Part shown: positions 27,501 through 37,383 of the stretch, piece after piece
Layout of the letters: every line of letters starts with the position of its first letter
How positions within the stretch are numbered: the stretch's first letter is position 1
NCBI GenBank assembly: GCA_934444645.1
Contig: CAKSCV010000011.1
Location: 2,626 to 66,625 of the forward strand
Origin: an uncultured Eubacteriales bacterium
GTDB taxonomy: Bacteria > Bacillota > Clostridia > Oscillospirales > CAG-382
Reading direction: 5' to 3'
DNA length: 64,000 bases
Notes under the pieces: generated by a model
Told to the model about the DNA's origin: nothing
The model's database searches: none
The model's input: only the letters and a program-made list of their open reading frames with translations
Made by a program: the position numbers and the translations under genes

Positions 27501-29310
27501 GTGCAACGTCGTATGGTAAAATGCTTGCCGGAGCATTAACAAATCTTTCGTATAACAAGTAGTTATGATAAAGGCAGGCATATTGCGGTGCAACGGTTAA
27601 GGTGCCCGCCTTGGTAATGCCGCAATGCAGAGCGGCAATGGCGTTATCGTTTGCAAGCGGATAGGTTCCGATATAATTGCCGTCTAAACCAAAATCAAAG
27701 GTTTTGTTGTCAAGGTTTACACGAATATCGAAATATACGGCGTTTGAGGTATACACCGCACCGGTATCGGTATAGCTGCCGTCCGGAGAAAGAACCGTAT
27801 AGTTCCCGTGGTCAAGAAGGATCTCCATGACCGGTTTCCCGTTTTCGTCGGCGAACATAAGGTATGCGCCGTTATTTCCGTAGATATTGACGCCAAAATC
27901 AAGATCCAGCACACCGTCGCTTACAGGCATGAATTTACGGGTATAATACGCCTCATATTGATCGGAATTATCCACCAATACGTAGCTTGCACGGCTGAAT
28001 TTTTCGGGAGCGGTCAGAACGCGAACCGCATCCCAGCCGCCGGGAACGCCGTCCATATGCTGATGACGGAACACTTTGTCGTCTATGAAGCATTTCGCTT
28101 CACTCGACATGGTAAAGGCATCGTTGTTTAATGCCGGAACGGTTGTCAGCAGATTTTTCTTTATGCGTTTGTCCTTGAAGGCAATACGATTGATAATCGC
28201 CGCCGCTTCACAACGCTTAATGCTGCTTTCGGGATAAAATGTGCCGTAAGCATCGTTGCCCATGACAATACCGGCATTGAACAATTTTAACACGGCGGCA
28301 TAGTATGGGGAGCTTTGCGCAACATCCGGAATCCTACCGACGCTGTTGACGGCAGCATATTCCGACGCCGGAAGCGCATTTGCAAAAATTTTTGCCATTT
28401 GTCCGCGTGTAGCCGAAGCGTTATAATCGGTATAATCCTGCGGATCGATAATCTTATTTTCAACGGCATACTTTACGTAGGGCATATACCATTCTTCGCC
28501 GTCTGCGGCGGTGAAACCGTAATCGCCGCTGCCATAGGCATTGTTGGTTCTTGCCGCAAGCGTGATGGCCTCGGCAATCGTCATGCCGTCCTCCGGAGCG
28601 AAAAGCGTATCGGCCTTGCCGTTGACAAAGCCCAGCTCATAGGCGCTTTCAATTTCGGAAGCATACCATTCGGTTTCCGGAACATCGGAAAAATTATCCG
28701 CGTAGGTGTTCGGCGTAAGGAAAACGCCGATTTCCTTTTTCGGTGTGTTTTCTTTGGCGTCCTTTGCGGAATCGTCAGCCGGACGCGTGTTCGTAAGGGT
28801 AATGGAATACAGCTCAATTGTCCCCGGCGCTTCAAACGGATCCAGTCGAATTTGTTTGATCGTCCCTTTCCAGTCTTTGCTTTTGGCCATGTCGAACACC
28901 ACGTTTGTCGGTGAAGCCAAGGTGCCGTTCGCGTAACGTTCGCTGCCGACCGCCATATTGCCGTTCCATGTGCCGTCCGGAACAAGGAAAAAGACCGTGC
29001 CGGTCCGGCTCCATGCGGCGTCGATGGAAAAGCGCATATTGACGACTACATAACGATAATCCTCCGCGTTGATATCGAGGATCGGGCTGATAAACATCGG
29101 GTCGGAAAGGTTTGCCGATTTTTCAAAGGCATACCCATAAAAACAGCCGGGATCAAAGTTATAGCGCAGATAGGACGTTGACCATCCGGCAAGAGAGGCT
29201 TCGTTTTCGAAGGTGAAAACGATGTCCTCCGCCGCAAGAGCCGTCATGCAGAAAAAGACGGCGCACAGCACGAGCAGAGAACACAGAAAGACTTTTGCTT
29301 TTTTCATCAT
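24544..29310 (-). CDS. Giant SLH-anchored multidomain surface protein with an internal WbsX/GH99-like domain
   Basis: Signal peptide MMKKAKVFLCSLLVLCAVFFCMTALA. SLH repeats (FSDVPETEWYASEIESAYELGFVNG...). WbsX-like block (IFCWYPNG..., STWNEYGEGTY). Copper-amine-oxidase-N-like stalk domain. C-terminal CBM-like domains. The start at 29310 follows the RBS GGAGAA. Confidence 0.85.
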   Translation of the reverse strand: MMKKAKVFLCSLLVLCAVFFCMTALAAEDIVFTFENEASLAGWSTSYLRYNFDPGCFYGYAFEKSANLSDPMFISPILDINAEDYRYVVVNMRFSIDAAWSRTGTVFFLVPDGTWNGNMAVGSERYANGTLASPTNVVFDMAKSKDWKGTIKQIRLDPFEAPGTIELYSITLTNTRPADDSAKDAKENTPKKEIGVFLTPNTYADNFSDVPETEWYASEIESAYELGFVNGKADTLFAPEDGMTIAEAITLAARTNNAYGSGDYGFTAADGEEWYMPYVKYAVENKIIDPQDYTDYNASATRGQMAKIFANALPASEYAAVNSVGRIPDVAQSSPYYAAVLKLFNAGIVMGNDAYGTFYPESSIKRCEAAAIINRIAFKDKRIKKNLLTTVPALNNDAFTMSSEAKCFIDDKVFRHQHMDGVPGGWDAVRVLTAPEKFSRASYVLVDNSDQYEAYYTRKFMPVSDGVLDLDFGVNIYGNNGAYLMFADENGKPVMEILLDHGNYTVLSPDGSYTDTGAVYTSNAVYFDIRVNLDNKTFDFGLDGNYIGTYPLANDNAIAALHCGITKAGTLTVAPQYACLYHNYLLYERFVNAPASILPYDVALLADGGRVSKENLYTERSGGGTVALNSNAAGKTGIASHFEKASGTVVFESYILLPNEINGAEIALTSGDSTVFSLVTKDGSFLAPDGSVVTYVTENLWTIVRFEADTVTGKALVKINGKPVGTYAFAAAAAFLDGYRFTFAPHTEAVMYVDTISAFIKLPYPEDYVPEPKIPESDYFIGINVCPLWREGTHYGWEEITAYPEITPVLGYYDEGSPEVSDWEIKMMAEHGIDYEIFCWYPNGNDTKPIQSTAMNQAIIDGYFNARYSDKLKFAIMWENSSVNGLSFEDFKKYTVPYWMEYFFKDERYVKIDNKPLLTVWQLDNKFKDVSAKEAFDYVREECRKAGFDGCEILLYSGNSDPAFEESMKANGIDGLLAYHWGTDGSNAAAQEKHLTAYSALDYTVPTISVGFDYVGWGRSERRNGLLDPKDYPAMTEIVKKALAERQKTGGKYANMVNISTWNEYGEGTYVMPTERFGFGYLDAIRAAFTKTGTAIHSDLTLSASQRQRINYLFGQDRQLLRPQMLAEKQQTDEENKPFTVDISGSELALIKEPDRTNGGLMVPVYPESGIFSRMMCTYTWNKRTQTLTVSNAKHTVSFVIGKDTMTVDGSEKKLYAATYWYDGLPVLPLDTLATSLGYFPVTHEDGSGVSIMLGSASDYDILKKRKPYQYEFELLGDTEDWTPQNGTITVEGGVLKGISTGNDPAVISPSLSVKAETYPTIAIRMKWDRNNTDKKDLAVIYFRKANAGLSEFRTVAIKDLPTSSNGEFVEFKFNMQEHLQWDGEITGIRFDPFNATGTFEIDYIRFEKAEGAEEAEKAAAEREANLDDTIANGDASMQMYNPMHSVNAKVTIVKALNGNPCYNVKANGAGKVWTYCIQKVKFTPGATYRVEFDARMTGTNTGEFTAGLETGIFVNFMYDGSDKRDHPKNIGVLRMSDKDEWQHFSAELTVEKSCDNVNDEFSVFTNPIGNAGVNYQLDNITMTRIDE

Positions 29311-29381
29311 GTTGAAGTTTCTCCTTCTATTGACTTTTATTTTTATACTTCTTGTGCGTTGCTTTGTGAAAGGGTGAGCGG

Positions 29382-30149
29382 TCACAGTTCTAAAAGGCGT
29401 TTGGCGTTTTTGTAAAAAATCGCCTCTCTTTCTTCGTCGGACAAGTCTTCGAACATCACGGCGGCAATATCCGTTGCCGGGCCGATGCCGGGATAATCCG
29501 TGCCGAAAAGCAGCTTATCGTATCCGACGCGATCAATGGCGCCGCGCAAGGTGCCGACCGTGTCCGTGCCGTGTGCCGAGATATCAAAACAGACATTTCG
29601 GTACTTTTTCAGCATATCTATGTGCGCCTGCAGGCCACCGTATCCCGAAAAGTGTGCCCAAACCAGCTTTAAGCGAGGCATTGCTTCCGACAAGGCAACC
29701 ATATCCGGAATGGTTGTCGGATGAATGTTGACAACCATGGAATACGATGCCGCACAATCCATAATTTCCAAAAAATTCCTTCCGGAGCAGCTTTGGTAGC
29801 CCATCATATACGGCACAAGCTCACCGATAAGCTTTACGCCGCGTTTATGACACCGTTCGATTTCACGGCAGGACATTTCAACAAACATCGGATGGATATG
29901 AATGCCGGGAATATATCTGCCGCCCGAGGAGAGGGCAATTTTTATCGCACGGTCGTTTAATGCCGGAACAAGCGTTTCATATTCCTCGATCGGTCTTGCG
30001 CACATACCTTCATCAATAACGCTTCCGCAGCATTTTTCTATGCCGCATTCGGACAAATCCGAAAAAAAGCGGTCGTTATCAATATCGATGCCGTGAACCG
30101 AACGGTAAAAATCATATCCCGGATGACAGTGAAAATCGATGATATTCAT
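29382..30149 (-). CDS. Amidohydrolase-family metal-dependent hydrolase (TIM barrel)
   Basis: MNIIDFHCHPG N-terminal metal-binding motif, and LLFGTDYPG near the C-terminus. Confidence 0.75.
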   Translation of the reverse strand: MNIIDFHCHPGYDFYRSVHGIDIDNDRFFSDLSECGIEKCCGSVIDEGMCARPIEEYETLVPALNDRAIKIALSSGGRYIPGIHIHPMFVEMSCREIERCHKRGVKLIGELVPYMMGYQSCSGRNFLEIMDCAASYSMVVNIHPTTIPDMVALSEAMPRLKLVWAHFSGYGGLQAHIDMLKKYRNVCFDISAHGTDTVGTLRGAIDRVGYDKLLFGTDYPGIGPATDIAAVMFEDLSDEEREAIFYKNAKRLLEL

Positions 30150-30835
30150 AGAACGTCCTCTCCGAGAAGTGCGCGGGCATTTTGATAAAACACGTGTTCA
30201 CATGCGGAAACGTCCGTATCACGCAATTCCCATTTTACAGCGGCAAGCCTTGACGCCGGATTGGTATAAGGAAAACCCGAGCCGAACAGCAGCTGCCTTA
30301 CCGGCATTTTTTTGATCAATTCATGCAACACGTAGTTTACCGTCCAGATTCCTGCCGAAAGATTCAGATAAAAATTCGGAAACGCATTTAACATTGACAC
30401 TGTCTGCAACGGTTCAAATCCGCTTGCGCCCTGTCCGCCGGCAATAACGGAAGCTTTCGGAAACTTCTCCAAAATTTCACGGGTGCTTTCCGGTGTTTCG
30501 TGACACAGAAAAACAGGGATTTTCGATTGCTCTGCATAGCGAAGCACCTCATCGCGTCCCTGCCCCATCCCGGCATCCACATAAAGCATTTTTGCCGTGC
30601 CGGATTTTTCCAACAGTCCGGGAAAGCCCCAAAATGCCGGAAGATACCGCGCTTCGGTCAGGGAAAGCCGCTTGGCGGCTTTGTTTAATAAGGCTGCCGT
30701 CTTTTCATCCGGCGGTTCCTTTACAGCGAAGGTTCCGCAAATATGCGATACGCCAAGCTCGGATACTTTCTGAAAGAAGCCTGGACGCATATTTATTTCC
30801 GTCGGCGGATGCGCATCAATGTCAAAGCAGTTCAA
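30146..30835 (-). CDS. Amidohydrolase-2-like protein (shorter, divergent)
   Basis: LLFGSGFPYTNP C-terminal motif. 4-nt overlap (ATGA) with the downstream gene. Confidence 0.6.
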   Translation of the reverse strand: MNCFDIDAHPPTEINMRPGFFQKVSELGVSHICGTFAVKEPPDEKTAALLNKAAKRLSLTEARYLPAFWGFPGLLEKSGTAKMLYVDAGMGQGRDEVLRYAEQSKIPVFLCHETPESTREILEKFPKASVIAGGQGASGFEPLQTVSMLNAFPNFYLNLSAGIWTVNYVLHELIKKMPVRQLLFGSGFPYTNPASRLAAVKWELRDTDVSACEHVFYQNARALLGEDVL

Positions 30836-31692
30836 CGATACTCCTCCTTGTTTCGAAGCTCTTCCGGTGAGATGCCGAAATACTGTTTTACCGCAAGATA
30901 GAACCCGGCATACGACTCGTATCCCATCTGCCGTGCGATGTCGTCAAACGAAAGATCGCTTTGTCGGATAAGCAGCTCCGCCATATCCATTTTCTGGTGC
31001 TTGACAAGCGAATAATAGCTTTCGCCGAACAAACGCCGGACAATGCGATCGACCTGCCGTCTGCAAAGCCCGAGCTGCTCACACAAGGCGTTGATCGAAT
31101 CCGGTACGGCGTAAAAGTTGCCGATATGGTTCTCAATCATTAACCTGCGTTCTTCGTCACTCATTGCCGCCTTTTCCATTTGCTTGTCAATGGGCGGTTC
31201 CTTGAGAGAGCGGATGCTCTCCGCTATTTGGAGAAACAGCATGGAAAGAAAAATCTTCCGCTTGTGAAGCGAGGTCTCATTGTCATACAGCGCAGCAAGG
31301 CGTTCAAAACACTCTGCGGCAACCGGAGAACGAAAAATGTGCGGCTCGGTCAAGGTGCCGAGCAAGGAAGCATAATAATCGTATTCCGAAAATCTGCCGC
31401 CGCTGTTTTCGTTCCGGCTGATCGCCATTGTCATAACCAACCGTCGATGACGGTTTTTCGAGGTCGCATGGACAACACCCGGCGGAATCAAAACGATATC
31501 GCCCGGGTTGAGCGTCCAAGTCTTTCCGGATACCAGGCTGAAGCTTCCGGAAATTATGCAATGCAATTCAAAGCAGGTATGGGAATGTATATAGGAGCCT
31601 TCATCCTTAAATACATCCCGCAGCGGCAAACGCCCTGAAAAAACAACTCGCATATCTCCGATTTCAACCGGAATGTTCTGCACATTGTTCAT
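30832..31692 (-). CDS. AraC-family transcriptional regulator (cupin sensor plus HTH)
   Basis: Cupin-like N-terminus (GDIVLIPPGVVH) and a C-terminal AraC HTH (SFDDIARQMGYESYAGFYLAVKQYFGISP). The ATG at 31692 is preceded by GGAGGT. Confidence 0.85.
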   Translation of the reverse strand: MNNVQNIPVEIGDMRVVFSGRLPLRDVFKDEGSYIHSHTCFELHCIISGSFSLVSGKTWTLNPGDIVLIPPGVVHATSKNRHRRLVMTMAISRNENSGGRFSEYDYYASLLGTLTEPHIFRSPVAAECFERLAALYDNETSLHKRKIFLSMLFLQIAESIRSLKEPPIDKQMEKAAMSDEERRLMIENHIGNFYAVPDSINALCEQLGLCRRQVDRIVRRLFGESYYSLVKHQKMDMAELLIRQSDLSFDDIARQMGYESYAGFYLAVKQYFGISPEELRNKEEYR

Positions 31693-31915
31693 AGGTGACC
31701 TCCGTATTAAAAACTTGGACTTTATATGCGGCAGAAGCTGCGGCTTTTGGCGGGCTTTCGTTTGTCTTACAGTAATTATACAGGATTGTCCGATACAAGT
31801 CAATTAAAAGTCAAGACATCTTCTTCGATATACGTCCGTGTTGTTTATTTACTTTGTCCTTTGTTTGCTATATAATAACATATAAAAATAACGAAGTCAA
31901 TTTGAAAAAGGATAT

Positions 31916-33229
31916 ATGCACATGATACTTGTCAAAAGAAACGCCGCAGAGCCGCAAGCCGCCAAAAACACGCCATCCGACGCCTTTTCAGAAGCGGCAG
32001 AACGGCACGGGGTTCGGAAAAACAAGGTGAAATATATAGCAGCGGAAGTGTTGAACTGCTTTACCTATTTATTTGTCGGCGGAGCGCTTTGGCAGGGACT
32101 GCTGCTGTACATCGGCTGCACCGCCGATAAAATCGGAACGCTTTCCGGAATCGGCTATGCCACGCAAACGCTTTCCATGGGACTGGGACTTATCCTGTGC
32201 GATCGGCTGAAAAAACCGATTCGGGCAATGGCCCTGTGCGACCTTCCGATAAGTCTGTTCTTTTTTTCGATACTCTTATTTCTGTGCGTTGGCTCCGCAG
32301 AGGAGCAAATCGTCTTTCCGATTCTTGCCGGTCTTGTTATTGTGTATTACGCAGCCTTCGGATTTAAAACAATCTTAGCCTATAAAATCCCGTATCTTAT
32401 CATTCATATGGAGGATTACGGAAAGCTTTTGGGCAGATCCGGCTTTGTTTCCAATCTGTTCGTCATTGCAGTGAGCGTCGGCCTTCCGGGCTTTCTCAGC
32501 TTAGCCGGGTATCTGACCGGTATGCGGTTGATGTATGCCGTATGTGCACTGTTTGCATTGGCCGTATCCCTTCTGGACTTCCGGCTGAAAGCGCTTTGGA
32601 ATGCCGAAAATCAAGCGTCTGTCAGCGTTCGTGCACTGTTTTCGGAAAGAAATGTTCTGCGGCTCGCTCCTGCAAACTTTTTGCGCGGGCTCTCCTCCGG
32701 GGTGATAATAAGCCTGACGGTTATGGCATCCAAGCTGTTTTGCCTTGATTCGGTCGGATTATCGCTTCTTGCGAGTCTGACGTCGCTCGGTTCGGTGGTC
32801 GGCAACTTTATCTATTCGTTTGCCGGAAAAGCGTCTAAGCTCAGCCGTCTTTGCCTTTCGGCAAGCCTTGTTATGTTGGTTCTCGGCTCAGCCTCCGTGC
32901 TTGTCGGCAGCTGGAGAAGCTTCACGGTGCTGTTTGTGGTGATACAGATTGCCTACGTTATTGTAAACGGCACGATTCCGGTATTATTTGCGCGACTTAT
33001 CCCCTATTCCATTGCCGGCGGCTGCACCGCTCTGCGCATGATGGAAACCATGCTCGGCACGGCAATTTCAAGCTGGTTCACAGGTCTTGTGCTGGAAAAT
33101 TTCGACGGACGCCTGACGGTCTTTCTTTTGATGCTGGCTGCCGGGGCAGCACAAACGATTTGCGGACTGTTCTATTACCGCTTTTGCCGCGCCGCAGACC
33201 GCCAAGAAGCACACGCTGTACGTTGCTGA
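31916..33229 (+). CDS. Polytopic membrane transporter (MFS-like)
   Basis: About 12 hydrophobic segments. Divergent from the AraC gene. The start may be the ATG at 31922. Confidence 0.55.
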   Translation: MHMILVKRNAAEPQAAKNTPSDAFSEAAERHGVRKNKVKYIAAEVLNCFTYLFVGGALWQGLLLYIGCTADKIGTLSGIGYATQTLSMGLGLILCDRLKKPIRAMALCDLPISLFFFSILLFLCVGSAEEQIVFPILAGLVIVYYAAFGFKTILAYKIPYLIIHMEDYGKLLGRSGFVSNLFVIAVSVGLPGFLSLAGYLTGMRLMYAVCALFALAVSLLDFRLKALWNAENQASVSVRALFSERNVLRLAPANFLRGLSSGVIISLTVMASKLFCLDSVGLSLLASLTSLGSVVGNFIYSFAGKASKLSRLCLSASLVMLVLGSASVLVGSWRSFTVLFVVIQIAYVIVNGTIPVLFARLIPYSIAGGCTALRMMETMLGTAISSWFTGLVLENFDGRLTVFLLMLAAGAAQTICGLFYYRFCRAADRQEAHAVRC

Positions 33230-33278
33230 CAAACAGCAAAAAAGCACAATTCACAATTATAGAAAGGAAATAACCAAA

Positions 33279-34841
33279 ATGAAAGAATGCAAGCATTTAC
33301 ACAGCACGCAGCTTTCAACCGATTCGTTTACGCATATGCAATGGGGAGAAAAGCTGTCCGACGGCAGGCTCTTCACACTCATGGCGGTCGGCAAGCCGGA
33401 CGGCATTTACAACGCCGGACCCTGTTCGCAGTTTGTTTTCGGGCGCATCTCCGAAGATGGCGGAAAAACGTGGGAAAAGCCGTATTTTCTCTATGAATGG
33501 CCGGATCATGACACCTCGTATCTTCTTTTGGGCTGGAAAATTGACCGAGACGGAAGGCTGCACGTTTTTGCAGAAGCAACAACCGACGCTCCTCATGACA
33601 ATCCCAAAAAGCTTGAAGGGCACATTGCCTATGTCCGTTTCGACAGCTATCGCGGCGAAAATCCGCTGTATTCCGATATAACGGCGTTGTACCGTTACAC
33701 CGGTTCGCTCAACAATATCATTGAAACCGAAGCCGGACGGTTAGTTGTTCCGTTTTCCACCTTTATGGGCGATAATTTTGTTTCGGGAACCATATGGTCG
33801 GACGATCACGGCGTTTCCTGGAAAGCCTCCAACGACGTTTCCGTAAGCAGCGAAGAAACCTCCGCCGAATCGGGCGCCGTGGAGCCGGTGGTTGCCGAGG
33901 TGCAGCCGGGTGTGCTTGTCATGCTTATCCGAACGGTGCTGTTTCGGCTTTGGTATGCCGTATCCTATGATTCCGGAGAAAGCTGGAGCAAAGCCAAGCC
34001 GACCAATCTGCCGTCCTGCAATGCGCCTGCCAACCTGTTAAAACTTCCGGACGGTCGGATTCTATTGACCTGGAACGACGGGCTCGGACATCCTATGGCA
34101 GACGTTCGGTACAGCTTGGCAAGACAATGCCTGCACGCCGCCGTGTCTTCGGACGGCTTAAGATCGATCCACGGCGCCCGGATCATCGTTAAAAAAGTGG
34201 TCGGCGACCAAGACCGCATTCACAATGCCTACCCGACAGCAAGCAATTACAGCGAAAACGAGGTTCTTTTGTGGCACTTTGATGTTTTCGGCAAATGCGG
34301 TTCGTCCTGGAAGGCTTTGCAGGGATATCTGGTACGGATGAATCCGGCGTTTTTGGAGGAGACGGAAGTTAAGGACAATTGGGCGGAATGGATCAGCGAC
34401 AGCGAGAAAACGTCTGCCGGAATTGTGCTTAAAAACACAAATGAAATTGCACACGCCATCACCAACTTTCCCTATGCCAAAAAGGGCAGCATCAAGCTTG
34501 CCGTCTCCGGGATATTGCCGCAAGGCACAAGTATTTTGCTGTCCGACTGTTATCTCGACAGGCTGAATTTTATTCCCGAAAACAAGAACGGAGCCTACAA
34601 AGACGTCGTTGGCGAACCGTACACACGGCTTTCCCCGAATGCTGCCGGCGAATGGCTTATCGAATGGGACGAAACCGAAATACGCTTATCGGTTGACGGC
34701 AAACAGATTCAAACCTGCCGCAAAAACACAGACGGCTTCAATCACATAACCGTGCTTTTTGAGAAGGACGGAGAACTTCGCATCGGGCATTTTCACGCCA
34801 AAGCCGAAATTCCCGATTGGGATACCGGGATTCGGTATTAA
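33279..34841 (+). CDS. BNR/Asp-box repeat protein (sialidase-like beta-propeller), no signal peptide
   Basis: Asp-boxes SEDGGKTW, SDDHGVSW and SYDSGESW. About 150 extra residues at the C-terminus. Confidence 0.75.
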   Translation: MKECKHLHSTQLSTDSFTHMQWGEKLSDGRLFTLMAVGKPDGIYNAGPCSQFVFGRISEDGGKTWEKPYFLYEWPDHDTSYLLLGWKIDRDGRLHVFAEATTDAPHDNPKKLEGHIAYVRFDSYRGENPLYSDITALYRYTGSLNNIIETEAGRLVVPFSTFMGDNFVSGTIWSDDHGVSWKASNDVSVSSEETSAESGAVEPVVAEVQPGVLVMLIRTVLFRLWYAVSYDSGESWSKAKPTNLPSCNAPANLLKLPDGRILLTWNDGLGHPMADVRYSLARQCLHAAVSSDGLRSIHGARIIVKKVVGDQDRIHNAYPTASNYSENEVLLWHFDVFGKCGSSWKALQGYLVRMNPAFLEETEVKDNWAEWISDSEKTSAGIVLKNTNEIAHAITNFPYAKKGSIKLAVSGILPQGTSILLSDCYLDRLNFIPENKNGAYKDVVGEPYTRLSPNAAGEWLIEWDETEIRLSVDGKQIQTCRKNTDGFNHITVLFEKDGELRIGHFHAKAEIPDWDTGIRY

Positions 34842-34930
34842 CCCTCCGTGTAACGGTGTCAAAACGGGCGTTCCGGTTCTTGCAGAAAAACTTAAAGATT
34901 TCACAAATTTTTTTTTAAGGAGAGGAAATC

Positions 34931-37105
34931 ATGAAACGCACTATTTTTGCCTCCATTTTTGCAGCAGCTCTCTTATGCTTAAACACCTTTGCCTTTACGC
35001 CGGAAGCGGCAGAGCAAGCCGCTGAACCGGCAACGGAAAGCAAACAGCTGCTGTTGAACGAAGAGCTCACCTCGGAATTGCTGTTTTTCCAGGATTTTGA
35101 TCAGCTTCCGGTTGGGGTCTGTCAAAGCGGCGATATTGCCGGTATGCTTGCCGGAACAGAAGGAAACAAGCTTGTTGATTTCGGGAAAATGGGCTGGGGT
35201 GTTATCAGCGAAGGCTGCTCTTTTGAAGTCTGCGAAGAAGAAAACGGCAACCGTTACTTAAAAGTTACCGGCGACATATACAAAGCCTTCGGCGTTTGGT
35301 TTGAAAACGATGCCCTGCATTACTCCGTCGCTTCGTTCAACTATAAATATCCCGCGGCAGATACCTGTAAAACCGTAAACAGTGCCACTTATTCTGCTAA
35401 AGGCGCCATGTATGTCGGGAACAACAGTTGGGCGGCAGACGGTGCTCTTACCGATGCCGCAAACACTGCTTGGACACAAGTCAGCGGAAAGCCGCATTCG
35501 GTTGTACAGGGTCCTTGCTTCGGGTTGGCTTTCAATCAAAGCTCCGGTGAGAGCGTCATTTATATTGATGACCTCACGGTTTGGTCTTTTTCCGAATCCG
35601 TAGAAACCGCTCACAACAGTGCCGTTGCAAAGACGGTCTCCTTTGCAAACACGTCCGGCTATGAGGCTGCCGAAATGCCGGCAGACATCACCCGTTGTGT
35701 GTGGTACAACATTTACAACGCACAAAACAAGGACAAGGTTACAGTCGATTTAAGCACGATTGTTCCGCTATCGGCTCCGTCCGGGTATGCATTTGCCGGA
35801 TGGTCTGCCTCGGAGGGCGGCACGCGTGTCAAAGACTGCCAATACCGGAATTTCAGAGTGCCGGGTGACTTTACCTTTTATGCTTTGTGGGAAAAGGCAA
35901 AACCGACAGTTGTGTATGAAGATTTTGAGGACTTTGCGGTTGGTCAAGCCTTAACCGGTGATGACCTTGCTTTTTTGAATTTGGGACAGCTCGGCTACGA
36001 TACCTCCGCAACGGTTATTCTCGATGAGCTTACCGGCAGCAAGGCGCTGAAGATCTCCGCCGTAAGATTTGGCGGTTTTGAGCTTGCAAACAGAAATCTT
36101 TCTGCCCAAACGGAATACTTTACCTTTGACTATCGCTTTGAAACCGGGGACGGTCCGGATTTTACCGCTTACAGAGGTGAAAATTTTACGGCAGGTCGTA
36201 CTCTTGTTGCCAAAAAAACCGTTTGGAGCAATTTCATTCAGCTTTTCTATCCGACGGACAGGGTGTACGGCTTTTATTTCAGCGGCTATGATGCCGGCGG
36301 AAACTACTCAATTATTATCGATAACCTTTACTATTGGGCAATTCCGGCCGGGTTAACCAATGACGAAAAGAAGGCGACAATTTCTTTTACAGGGTCAACG
36401 AAAGGTGTTTTTCCGGAAAATGCAGAAATGCCGGAGCCGATTGAAAAAGACCTTTGGGAAAATGCAAACACCGACGACAACACCCTGCATTTGAAAACCA
36501 TTCTTCCCTCCTCTGTTCCCGGCTACCGCTTTTTGGGATGGTCCCGCGCCGACGGCGGCACGGTGATTGGCGTAAATTACAATGACTACCGTGCGATTAA
36601 GGACGAAACGCTTTACGCTGTTTGGGAAATCGATACACCGGTCATGACCGGGCACACCTCGATTCGCACCAACGAAAACGAACCAAAGCAAGCCATCCGC
36701 TTTCAAGCCAAGGTCAGCGGCGCAATGTTCATGGCTTGTGAGGAAATGGGCTTTTTGGCAACACGTGAAAGCAAGCTTGCCGAAAACGAGCAGCTGACAC
36801 TTGAGCTTGGCAACGGAAAAGTCGTTTCTGCCGCTGTTGACAAAAGCAAAGTGCAGGCGAACACAGACGACTCTCTCACCTGGGCAGTGGTATTAAAGAA
36901 TATTCCTAAAAAAGCCGAATATCTGAAAGAAGAGCTTATCGTCCGCGCTTATGTCAAACTCGGCGGAAACATCTATTACGGCAATCCTGCAAAAAAGAGT
37001 ATTTATGATACGGCAAAAAGCTATGCAAATGAATATCCGGACAACCTTCCGGAAGCCATTCAGGAGATTATCAGAATAGCGGAACAAGACGCTATGCATA
37101 ACTAA
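34931..37105 (+). CDS. Secreted protein with InlB B-repeat (Listeria-Bacteroides repeat) domains
   Basis: Signal peptide MKRTIFASIFAAALLCLNTFA. Repeats YAFAGWSASEGGTRV...FTFYALW and YRFLGWSRADGGTVI...ETLYAVW. Confidence 0.8.
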   Translation: MKRTIFASIFAAALLCLNTFAFTPEAAEQAAEPATESKQLLLNEELTSELLFFQDFDQLPVGVCQSGDIAGMLAGTEGNKLVDFGKMGWGVISEGCSFEVCEEENGNRYLKVTGDIYKAFGVWFENDALHYSVASFNYKYPAADTCKTVNSATYSAKGAMYVGNNSWAADGALTDAANTAWTQVSGKPHSVVQGPCFGLAFNQSSGESVIYIDDLTVWSFSESVETAHNSAVAKTVSFANTSGYEAAEMPADITRCVWYNIYNAQNKDKVTVDLSTIVPLSAPSGYAFAGWSASEGGTRVKDCQYRNFRVPGDFTFYALWEKAKPTVVYEDFEDFAVGQALTGDDLAFLNLGQLGYDTSATVILDELTGSKALKISAVRFGGFELANRNLSAQTEYFTFDYRFETGDGPDFTAYRGENFTAGRTLVAKKTVWSNFIQLFYPTDRVYGFYFSGYDAGGNYSIIIDNLYYWAIPAGLTNDEKKATISFTGSTKGVFPENAEMPEPIEKDLWENANTDDNTLHLKTILPSSVPGYRFLGWSRADGGTVIGVNYNDYRAIKDETLYAVWEIDTPVMTGHTSIRTNENEPKQAIRFQAKVSGAMFMACEEMGFLATRESKLAENEQLTLELGNGKVVSAAVDKSKVQANTDDSLTWAVVLKNIPKKAEYLKEELIVRAYVKLGGNIYYGNPAKKSIYDTAKSYANEYPDNLPEAIQEIIRIAEQDAMHN

Positions 37106-37118
37106 GAAGGTGGAAGCA

Positions 37119-37253
37119 ATGAAAAATAACAAAAAAATATACGAGGAGCCTGCAATCCGGATACTCCTTGCAGAGGATATTATTATGACAAGCATCTGCC
37201 AAGACGGCTTTTCCGAATATTCAGACGAGCTGGATATGGAAGCCTTGTATTAG
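37119..37253 (+). CDS. Small ORF (44 aa), hypothetical peptide
   Basis: MKNNKKIYEEPAIRILLAEDIIMTSICQDGFSEYSDELDMEALY. RBS GAAGGTGGAAG lies 5 nt upstream. It starts 14 nt after the stop of the upstream gene and is not in the supplied ORF track because it is under 60 aa. Confidence 0.35.
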   Translation: MKNNKKIYEEPAIRILLAEDIIMTSICQDGFSEYSDELDMEALY

Positions 37254-37383
37254 CCTTATCCAAAAACCTGCCGGGTTTGCAAAATTTCGACAAATCCGGC
37301 AGGCGTATGTTTCGTATTTTTCCGGCGGAAGCTATCCGTCCGGTCACAGCAAAAACGCTTTTTACTGACAGGAGATTAAAAAC

